Positions 56,886 to 64,000 of a stretch of DNA of 64,000 nucleotides are shown piece by piece. Position 1 is the first letter of the stretch; every line of letters begins with the position of its first letter. The notes beneath the pieces were generated by a model. That model saw only the letters and a program-made list of their open reading frames with translations. It was not told the DNA's origin and did no database searches. The translations under genes were made by a program, and so were the position numbers. Source of the DNA: an uncultured virus (IMG/VR IMGVR_UViG_3300044712_002657). Its lineage: Duplodnaviria; Heunggongvirae; Uroviricota; Caudoviricetes. Where the stretch lies: IMG/VR virus record IMGVR_UViG_3300044712_002657, one strand, 5' to 3'.

Positions 56886-58097
56886 ATGGATTTAGCAATA
56901 ACGGCATTCTTAAACCCTTCAGGCATCTCATACGTCGGACAAGCATTCTTCGGCTTGTTTGACAAGCTTGGCTTCAGGACGGTTCCGGTCTGGATCGCGC
57001 CACCCGAAAAGGTTGATTTCCTTGATCGAAAGCTGGCAGCGAGAATGTTAGAGTGCTCGGGACGGCAACTGACAGACTCGCCGCTTCAGTTCCATACGGG
57101 ACTTAGCCATCAAATCAAGCTGCTCAAAGGGTACTCGGGCATCGTTACGAGCGCGATCTTCGAAGGCAACCGCCTGACGCCGCGCCATATTGAGATTTTT
57201 AACCAAAACGATGCCATCCTCGCCCCTACACGCTTTTGCGAAAGAATCTGCCTTTCGTCAGGCGTCCCAAAGAACAAGGTCTTCTATGTTCCATATCCAT
57301 TGAACTCAGATGTTTGGAATACGAGTGTTACGCCTCTTTTGCCAAGGACCAATCGATTTCGGTTCCTTTATTTGAATACTTGGCACGAAAGAAAAGGTTG
57401 GGACATCCTCTTGAGAGCCTTTTGGGACGAGTTCTCGCGAGACGATCCAGTCGAGTTGGTCCTGAAGTCGTACCTAGAAAATACACGGACCGAATCTATG
57501 CAGTCGGTCATCTCTCGCTACGCCCGCACGCTTAACATAGACCCTTCATGGCGGGCACCAGTTACGACCATCGATAGGCTCATCTCGTCCGAAGAAATGC
57601 CTAGCTTCATGAAGTCCTTCGATGCTTATGTCTCGCCGCATCGAAGCGAAGGTTTCGGCCTAAACATTTGGCACGCGATGAGTCTTGGTGTTCCAGTTAT
57701 CTGTACTGATTACGGCGGGAATACGGACTTCACAAAGGACGATACGGCTTGGTTGGTCAAACCCGAGAAAATGTCTTCGCCTAGCAGTACCGAATGCGCT
57801 AAGTTCCCGCATCTCGCGAACATGGTTTGGGCAGAGCCTGACATTGCAGGACTGCGCAAAGCCATGAGGGACTGCTTCATTGAACAGAAGGAAGCCGCCA
57901 AACGAGCCGAGACAGGCGCCTTGGTTGTTCGCACCAACTTTTCTTACGAAAAGGTCGGGATGATGGTTGAAACAGCCCTGAACAGGCGACTGCCTGGTAT
58001 TTGGGAACAGCTTGCGATGGAGCGGATATTCTCGGGATTCTCCGCTCCTGCTCAACGTTACTCTTCCGGAAAACCAATCAAGCTGGTCGAGATTTAA
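56886..58097 (+). CDS. GT4 glycosyltransferase
   Basis: ERKGWDIL, HRSEGFGL...AMSLGVP, WAEPD. Start ATG 56886 lies just after TGTATTAT. Confidence 0.88.
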   Translation: MDLAITAFLNPSGISYVGQAFFGLFDKLGFRTVPVWIAPPEKVDFLDRKLAARMLECSGRQLTDSPLQFHTGLSHQIKLLKGYSGIVTSAIFEGNRLTPRHIEIFNQNDAILAPTRFCERICLSSGVPKNKVFYVPYPLNSDVWNTSVTPLLPRTNRFRFLYLNTWHERKGWDILLRAFWDEFSRDDPVELVLKSYLENTRTESMQSVISRYARTLNIDPSWRAPVTTIDRLISSEEMPSFMKSFDAYVSPHRSEGFGLNIWHAMSLGVPVICTDYGGNTDFTKDDTAWLVKPEKMSSPSSTECAKFPHLANMVWAEPDIAGLRKAMRDCFIEQKEAAKRAETGALVVRTNFSYEKVGMMVETALNRRLPGIWEQLAMERIFSGFSAPAQRYSSGKPIKLVEI

Positions 58098-59035
58098 GAA
58101 TCGAGGTATCCGGCTTTTGCGAACAGCCGATTCGCTACGTCCAAAAGCTTATCCCTGTTCTCGATCTTCTCAACCCATTCTGCCGGAATGGACTCCAAAC
58201 CCAACCGTGCGCCCATCCAACCGCCAGCAATGCAGGCAATACTGTCGCTGTCGCCAATAGCATTGGCGGCCAATAGAACCGCGTCTTTGTACGAGTTCGG
58301 ATGCGTCATGCAGCAGAACAGCGCACAGGCGACGGCTTCATGCCCGCACCAACCCTCGCCAACGCCATCTTCGCTCATGACGAAGTCTGGATCTCTCCGT
58401 TCGGCAGCGTATTGCGTCGCCTTCAAAATGACCTTGGTGAACTCTTCGTTGATGGAGTCGACACGGACGAGTTCGTTTCCCCATTGTCCGACAGGGGTTC
58501 CGGCAAATGCCAAATGAGTTACCAGCGCGTTTCCGACTGAGGCGCAAATGGCGACCTCATTCGGGTGCGTAATGATGCTTGAGTTGACGCCATAATCAAC
58601 AATCTCATGCTCTTGGTCGAACATCAGACCGATTGGAGCCGACCGCATGGCTGAACCACAACCTTTAGAGGACTCGATACCAGCCTTTTCCCAATGAACT
58701 CCCGACTTGAGGTTCGAGCAGGCTGTCAAGCACGTATTGCCCGGCGCGCGACTCTGGTTCGGGTCCTTCTGCGTATCGTACCATTCTATGAACTTCTGAC
58801 CCAACGCCCGGATGAACTTCTCCGGGTCCTTGCCAGTTTCGATTAACGCCTCCGCGATGCAGAGGGTCATTTGGGTGTCGTCGGTATAGATCGGCGGAAC
58901 AGGCAAATCTTTGACGCCGCCCTTCGTTACCGCCAATATGTCTTCGCGCGAACGAATAAACTCAGTTTCTCGCCCAAGGGCGTCGCCTATCGCAAGCCCA
59001 AGGATACAGCCTTGAAATCTTTGACGCACATTCAT
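58094..59035 (-). CDS. ADP-ribosylglycohydrolase (DraG/ARH family)
   Basis: GLAIGDALG, YTDDTQM, GCGSAMR..PIG, ITH, GDSDSIA..AG...GA..G. Confidence 0.92.
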   Translation of the reverse strand: MNVRQRFQGCILGLAIGDALGRETEFIRSREDILAVTKGGVKDLPVPPIYTDDTQMTLCIAEALIETGKDPEKFIRALGQKFIEWYDTQKDPNQSRAPGNTCLTACSNLKSGVHWEKAGIESSKGCGSAMRSAPIGLMFDQEHEIVDYGVNSSIITHPNEVAICASVGNALVTHLAFAGTPVGQWGNELVRVDSINEEFTKVILKATQYAAERRDPDFVMSEDGVGEGWCGHEAVACALFCCMTHPNSYKDAVLLAANAIGDSDSIACIAGGWMGARLGLESIPAEWVEKIENRDKLLDVANRLFAKAGYLDS

Positions 59036-59066
59036 AACGACAATCTCCTTATTTTGGAATTATACA

Positions 59067-59117
59067 GAGGGAATCTACTCGAACGTATCGAATATTCTAT
59101 TGGATACTTGGAGAGTA
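59067..59117 (+). promoter_or_regulatory. Late-type promoter GAGG-N19-GAATA within a hairpin overlapping the HNH gene RBS
   Basis: TACTC/GAGTA and GTATC-G-AATA/TATT-G-GATAC pairings. Confidence 0.65.
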
Positions 59118-59121
59118 TACA

Positions 59122-59763
59122 ATGGAATTCAACACAGACGATATTACTGGCAAAGTCTACGGCGAATTGACTGTAATCAATTTCTCCCATGCCGAGCCGC
59201 ACAAAAAGCTCAAGCATTTCAAGTACCTCTACCTCTGCAAGTGCTCATGCGGAAAAGAGAAAAAGGTTGTTAGAACAAACTTGATTACTGGACATACAAC
59301 GTCTTGTGGTTGCAAGAAACGACGGAATAGGTCCGCCAGCAAAACTTGGAGTGGTTTCGGACAAATCAGCGGACGGACTTGGTACAAAATTAAACGCCAT
59401 GCAATTAGTCGCAAATTAGAGTTTGACATAAGCATCGAAGATGCATGGCGTCAGTTTGAGAAACAAAACGGTCGTTGCGCCCTATCTGGACTTCCAATTC
59501 ATCTCAATAACTTCAAACTGGATGGCAAGTATACATGGCATACCGCCTCGCTGGACAGAATTGACAGTACTAAGGGGTATCGTCCCAACAACATCCAATG
59601 GATTCATAAAAACATAAACATCATGAAGAACAGTCTGCCAGAAGACATGTTCGTTGGATATTGCCGTTTAATAACAGATAGACTCGTATCAAATTGCTCT
59701 ATGGACGTATTGGAGAACGGTTACAATCTATGGAAGTCGTATCGTGTCGCCATCTCTTCATGA
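59122..59763 (+). CDS. HNH homing endonuclease
   Basis: G..YGELTV, CKCSCG, TTSCGC N-domain; QNGRCALSG..ASLDRIDS..GY...NIQWIHK.IN.MK; AT-rich and antisense to its neighbours. Confidence 0.85.
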   Translation: MEFNTDDITGKVYGELTVINFSHAEPHKKLKHFKYLYLCKCSCGKEKKVVRTNLITGHTTSCGCKKRRNRSASKTWSGFGQISGRTWYKIKRHAISRKLEFDISIEDAWRQFEKQNGRCALSGLPIHLNNFKLDGKYTWHTASLDRIDSTKGYRPNNIQWIHKNINIMKNSLPEDMFVGYCRLITDRLVSNCSMDVLENGYNLWKSYRVAISS

Positions 59764-60737
59764 ACTTTCATGTTCAGTCCGCAGACTTCAGGGCTGCACG
59801 AACAATCGCACATGGCAAGAACAGGAGGCGTCTTCTTACAGAGATTCTTAGAAGCTTCCCATGCTTCCTTTACGGTCGCCGTCAACGGCGCGACAATATA
59901 ACCGTCGCGATACAGGTAAGTACAAGGCGAATACCCCGCGCAGCCGACCCTTAACTCGGCGTTTGCTCTATAGCACGGCCAAGTAATTATCGGATGATAT
60001 ACGCCCAAATCAGCCAACGGTCCCAACATTTCTTGGACCTTGAATTCGACCATTGGGAAACGGTTCAACGAGATTTCGTAAGCCCTTGGAGCGACCTTGA
60101 GATTGAAGTCGGCAATTTGGTCGTACGTAAACTTGTCAGCCGTCCCGCGCGGCGGCATCAACTGTATGTCGGAAATGAAACCGACATTGTCCTTTATGTG
60201 CTGCAAGAACGCTGGCAGTTCTTGGAAATTGGATGGCATGACCATATGGTTTATGAACATTCGAGGCTCATAAAACTGTCCAAATGGGGCATATTTTGCC
60301 AAGAATGACATGCATTCCGGAGGTTGGGCGATCCAGTCCCAAGATACGTTGATCGAATTAAGACCCGCTTCTTTAAGCTCGACGAATCGATCTTCGGAAA
60401 ACTTACCGTTGGAAGAAAGGTCAACGCGTACTTTTCGTTCCTTACACCAATGGATCATCTTCGGGAGATCAGGATGCAGCGTACATTCGCCGCCCGTCAA
60501 ATGGATGTGAATGAGTCCAAGGTCAAAAGCCTGATCAAGGATGGATTTTACCTGTTCCCACGGCATCTCGCCGCCAGTAAACGACGTCTTGTTACACTTC
60601 TCGCAAGCCAAGTTACAACGGTCGGTAACCTGAATAGTAAGTTCCAACAATCTTGGAGGTCTGCGCTCTGAGATAAGTCGGCGATACTTTTCCTTGGCGT
60701 GCCACCAGTACCCGTGCGTCAGCTTAGTAATGTCCAT
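59721..60737 (-). CDS. Radical SAM enzyme
   Basis: CNLACEKC (CxxxCxxC), TGGE, SSNG, and a Cys-rich C-terminus. Confidence 0.88.
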   Translation of the reverse strand: MDITKLTHGYWWHAKEKYRRLISERRPPRLLELTIQVTDRCNLACEKCNKTSFTGGEMPWEQVKSILDQAFDLGLIHIHLTGGECTLHPDLPKMIHWCKERKVRVDLSSNGKFSEDRFVELKEAGLNSINVSWDWIAQPPECMSFLAKYAPFGQFYEPRMFINHMVMPSNFQELPAFLQHIKDNVGFISDIQLMPPRGTADKFTYDQIADFNLKVAPRAYEISLNRFPMVEFKVQEMLGPLADLGVYHPIITWPCYRANAELRVGCAGYSPCTYLYRDGYIVAPLTATVKEAWEASKNLCKKTPPVLAMCDCSCSPEVCGLNMKVHEEMATRYDFHRL

Positions 60738-60787
60738 TGTCTCGTTTCAATCCGTATGCCCGCGCAGAGACCCCTGTTCACTTACAG

Positions 60788-60815
60788 ATTGTACCGGATC
60801 TCGGGTGAAGGTCAA
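60788..60815 (-). promoter_or_regulatory. sigma70-type promoter TTGACC-N16-TACAAT
   Basis: Intergenic, upstream of the radical SAM gene. Confidence 0.7.
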
Positions 60816-60916
60816 GAATTTTTGGAATATTCCAGCACTCTGCGGTATTATTGAGTTGAACAGATTACAACGGGGGTTGATGCTGCGGCGGGACGGGGGA
60901 CCGAGAGGTTCCCCGT

Positions 60917-61087
60917 TTACTTTTTCGCCCGAATTTCACGAACGATCAGGTTTCCAGCATCGATCAACTGCTGACCTTCAAATAACGACCATTCGTCCGG
61001 ATTAAAATTTTCGTTATGAATCGTAAGACGACGAATCGCCTCAAGCAGTTGAGATTTCGTCAATGATGCTGTAACCTCGACTTGCAC
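60917..61087 (-). CDS. Small hypothetical protein (56 aa, below ORF-track cutoff)
   Basis: GGAGG SD then GTG: MQVEVTASLTKSQLLEAIRRL...IRAKK. Confidence 0.6.
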   Translation of the reverse strand: MQVEVTASLTKSQLLEAIRRLTIHNENFNPDEWSLFEGQQLIDAGNLIVREIRAKK

Positions 61088-61096
61088 TGTGCCTCC

Positions 61097-62266
61097 CTAG
61101 CTCTTCTTAAGAGCCTCAATTGCGGCAACGAGTTTGCCGACTGGATCTTCGGCAGGTACCTGTTCGTGGAATTGTCCTTCTTCCGGACCCTTTGTCGCGT
61201 CCAAATGCGCCTGGTACGTCCCGTCCAAGAGCGAATCCTTCCCGCAAAGACAGATCGAGATGACATCGCGCGGATCGGTCATTTTGCGAGCTTCGCAATA
61301 GTCCAACGTCGGCTTGATCCAATCCGGATTTCCGTGCATTTTGCGAATCTTGTCCGAAAGGACCTTTTCTAAGGTAACACGGTCAGGCGGCGGGCAGTAA
61401 ATCTTCGACGAAAAGCGAGACGATAACGCGCCTGCCAGTACCTTATTAAAGAGCCTGATGTTGTTAACCGTCGCCAAGCAAAGCATCTTCGCGTCTTTGC
61501 GGATGTTTATGCGCGCATTCGTTTTGACGATCTCCCCGCGCTCGTCCAAAACCGGAATGAGCCAGCGAAGGTTCTCAGGAACAGTCTTCTCGACTTCTTC
61601 CAAAATGAGAAAACGAGGCAGCTTTGCCGACGAAATGATCTCCTGTTCCGCGCCAGCTTGCGTCAAGGAAGTCGCGTCCAACTTCAAGACAGCGTCACTT
61701 CCCCCAAGCCTTTTGGCGAAAGCCAGCAAAAGCTTCGTCTTCCCGCAACCAGGCGGTCCCCAAAGCAGGACATGATGTCGTTCGGTAAAGTTTGTCTGGA
61801 CGGCGGTATCAATCGAGGCTTGAACGCGGGCGATCTGCGGGTCCCTGCCGTAGATTTCGGCAAAGACGTCTTCTTGGTCGGGATGGACAACGGCGGTCGC
61901 CTGCTCGGGCTGTACCGTCGCGTAAAGCTTCTTCTCCGTACCTTCCAATCCCCATCCGCTCGAATTGCCGGCCTGAGGGATGATCGTATCGCGCATGAAC
62001 GCGAATTGTGCTTCTTCGGTGTCTGAAGATGTCTTCCGCGCCAAGCGATGGAAGCGCAGCTTGCAGGTATACCGCCAGCCATCGGGTTCTTCGCTTTGAC
62101 CGACCGAGAATCGCCCGACCGGAAACCATTTTCCCCGGCGATCACCGGAGATGGCTCGGGTCTGGATGTACGTCAGTTGCTCGCGCAAAGTTTCTGCCGC
62201 AACTTGTCGAGTTACGTACTTCTCAAGGACAACCTCGTAGACCTTCGCCTTCTGTTGCGTCGCCAT
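61097..62266 (-). CDS. AAA+ ATPase
   Basis: LLWGPPGCGKT, Walker B ILEEVEK, ATVN sensor, ALSSRF arginine finger. Confidence 0.85.
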   Translation of the reverse strand: MATQQKAKVYEVVLEKYVTRQVAAETLREQLTYIQTRAISGDRRGKWFPVGRFSVGQSEEPDGWRYTCKLRFHRLARKTSSDTEEAQFAFMRDTIIPQAGNSSGWGLEGTEKKLYATVQPEQATAVVHPDQEDVFAEIYGRDPQIARVQASIDTAVQTNFTERHHVLLWGPPGCGKTKLLLAFAKRLGGSDAVLKLDATSLTQAGAEQEIISSAKLPRFLILEEVEKTVPENLRWLIPVLDERGEIVKTNARINIRKDAKMLCLATVNNIRLFNKVLAGALSSRFSSKIYCPPPDRVTLEKVLSDKIRKMHGNPDWIKPTLDYCEARKMTDPRDVISICLCGKDSLLDGTYQAHLDATKGPEEGQFHEQVPAEDPVGKLVAAIEALKKS

Positions 62267-62289
62267 CTTTCACCCTCCAACATGCCAGC

Positions 62290-62317
62290 ATATTACCATA
62301 GAATTTTCATGTGTCAA
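62290..62317 (-). promoter_or_regulatory. sigma70-type promoter TTGACA-N16-TAATAT
   Basis: Divergent intergenic region. Confidence 0.65.
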
Positions 62318-62333
62318 GCGTATAATCAACCCC

Positions 62334-63449
62334 ATGAAGCAACTACGTTGGCTCGGACCCATTTTGGACTGTTCTGGATACAGCACGGCTGGACGGGGGT
62401 ATTTGAAGGCTGCCCAAAGCGTCGGTCTTGCTGTTCGGGCGCAGGACCGCAGTCGCTCCGCAAACCTCTATAACAAGGGACTCAGTCAGGAAACCGTCGA
62501 TTGGTACCTGTCTCTCTCTGAAACTTCCGTCGATGGCGACTGCCCGACCGTACAGCACCAAGTAGCCGACCAGTTCTTCAGGAATCGAAAGACCAAGTTT
62601 TCCGTAGGTTACTCGATCTTCGAAATGACTGGCATTCCATCGCATTGGATTCCGCACTGTTATGACGTAGACCGGATTTGGACAGGGAGCGATTACTCAA
62701 AGGACGCCTTCTTGAACTCCGGAGTTTCGGTTCCGATCCATGTCTTACCCCATGCAATCGACATCGACAAGTTCTCGCCTTCGGCTCCGCCTTGGCAGAT
62801 CGAGAACCGTCGAAATTTCGCGTTTCTATCAGTCTTCGACTTTACGCCACGAAAGTGCTGGAAGGAGTTGCTGAGAGCCTACTGGACCGCATTCTCGTCT
62901 AAAGACGACGTCTGCCTCATCCTAAAGGTCTTCTATTCGGACTTTTCAGACGAAGCTAGAGCCAGCATCATGCGCCGAATTGTCGCGTACAGAGAAGAGC
63001 TAAAGTTGAGAAATCGTGCGCCAATCCTGCTTTACGGCTACGACGTACCCGATGCCGACATGCCCGGTCTTTATACGGCGGCAGACTGCTATGTCGGCAT
63101 CTCTCGCGAGGGCTTCGGCTTGCCGTACGCAGAGGCGATGTCGTGCGGGGTCGCCTGTATTGGTCCCAAGGTCGGCGGCACGCGAGTTTTTCAGAACCCT
63201 GACAATGCTTTCCTTGTCCAGTTTGTTGGCAATTCAGCGGTTTCTCCGGAGATGCTGGCTCAGAATCCTTCCTTTGTCGGTTTGAAATGGGCTGATCATT
63301 CGTGGGAGGACTTGTCCGTCATAATGCGTACAGTCGCGGAACGCGACGATTTGCGCGTTCAGAAGGCGACAGCGGGGCGAGACTACATCGTCAAGAACCT
63401 GTCCTTCGAGAGCATCGGTAAACAAATGAGTGATTTTCTTCCCGAGTAG
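62334..63449 (+). CDS. GT4 glycosyltransferase (probably leaderless)
   Basis: GP..D.SGY, FEMT, PRK, SREGFGLPYAEAMSCGV; TATAAT lies 7 nt before the ATG. Confidence 0.9.
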   Translation: MKQLRWLGPILDCSGYSTAGRGYLKAAQSVGLAVRAQDRSRSANLYNKGLSQETVDWYLSLSETSVDGDCPTVQHQVADQFFRNRKTKFSVGYSIFEMTGIPSHWIPHCYDVDRIWTGSDYSKDAFLNSGVSVPIHVLPHAIDIDKFSPSAPPWQIENRRNFAFLSVFDFTPRKCWKELLRAYWTAFSSKDDVCLILKVFYSDFSDEARASIMRRIVAYREELKLRNRAPILLYGYDVPDADMPGLYTAADCYVGISREGFGLPYAEAMSCGVACIGPKVGGTRVFQNPDNAFLVQFVGNSAVSPEMLAQNPSFVGLKWADHSWEDLSVIMRTVAERDDLRVQKATAGRDYIVKNLSFESIGKQMSDFLPE

Positions 63450-63514
63450 ATCAAAATTGCTTGCATTGCGCCAAGCACATGATATGTTAAATGTGTCTAC
63501 GGAGGAATGCGAGA

Positions 63515-64000
63515 ATGAAGCACGTAATCTTAATGGTCGCCTTCTTGGGTTTGTCGCTTTGGGCGGAGGATGCCGAATCGGTTTACGCCCAGGGACTTGC
63601 GAAGCTCCGCGAGTCTGAAACAAACCATGCCGCGCTGGTACCAGCGACAAAGCTGCTGGCGAAAGCCGCAGCGTTGTTTGCCGACTCGAACCAGGACAAG
63701 GCTTCTGAGGTCGCGGCCTGCCTGTATTGGGCGAAGAAGAAGATGACCCTCGCTGATACGAACGACATCAAATACGATACGGCGACGTACCGCCAAGTCG
63801 AGAAGGCGACAGCGCCTTCAATTGCTTTAGATCCGGAAAACGAAGCGCGCAAACTCTTGTCAACTGCTGACACATATGCGAAAAGCAACAAAGATCCGCT
63901 ACTGATCGCGGTTCGTTACTTCGAAATCGGGGATAGGTTTCCGAGCACGGCTTCGGGGCGAATTGCAATTCAAAGCTGCCTAAAGTTCATCAGTCAAGCT
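63515..64000 (+). CDS. 3'-truncated secreted protein with signal peptide (not in ORF track)
   Basis: GGAGG SD; MKHVILMVAFLGLSLWA-EDAESVYAQGLAKL..., open to the window end; TTGCAT-N16-TATGTT upstream. Confidence 0.75.
   Translation, partial: MKHVILMVAFLGLSLWAEDAESVYAQGLAKLRESETNHAALVPATKLLAKAAALFADSNQDKASEVAACLYWAKKKMTLADTNDIKYDTATYRQVEKATAPSIALDPENEARKLLSTADTYAKSNKDPLLIAVRYFEIGDRFPSTASGRIAIQSCLKFISQA

Noticed and set aside
1..64000. CRISPR arrays, tRNAs, rRNAs, integrase/transposase, reverse transcriptase
   Set aside because: No regularly spaced repeats, cloverleafs or the relevant catalytic motifs were found by eye; a tRNAscan/CRISPR scan was not run.
1..64000. Stop-codon reassignment as seen in some large phages
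   Set aside because: Genes are full-length and densely tiled in code 11, and TAA, TAG and TGA all serve as real stops.

Overview
This window is a 64-kb slice of a large (probably jumbo-class) tailed dsDNA phage genome read in the standard genetic code. From left to right it holds: (1) a + strand head module with two low-complexity prohead-core/scaffold-like proteins, a decoration protein, a short HK97-fold major capsid protein and an HNH endonuclease; (2) a free-standing, heavily base-paired ~330-nt non-coding transcript with its own promoter and terminator; (3) a - strand accessory block with HAD nucleotidase, fused SbcD-SbcC, peptide deformylase, a kinase-phosphatase-RNA ligase fusion, a C5 DNA methyltransferase and ClpC; (4) a - strand tail module with tip proteins, tape measure, chaperones with a -1 frameshift site, tube and neck proteins; (5) an actin-like ATPase, small paralogous proteins, PhoH, five GT4 glycosyltransferases, an ADP-ribosylglycohydrolase, a radical SAM enzyme, an AAA+ ATPase and two more homing endonucleases. 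Three promoter classes can be read from the sequence: TTGACN-N16-TAnnnT, a -10-only GTATAAT class, and a putative late class (A/C/G)AGG-N19-GAA whose spacer repeatedly doubles as an anti-Shine-Dalgarno arm. All protein calls come from motif recognition and gene context, not database searches. The host is unknown, with only weak hints of Planctomycetota.
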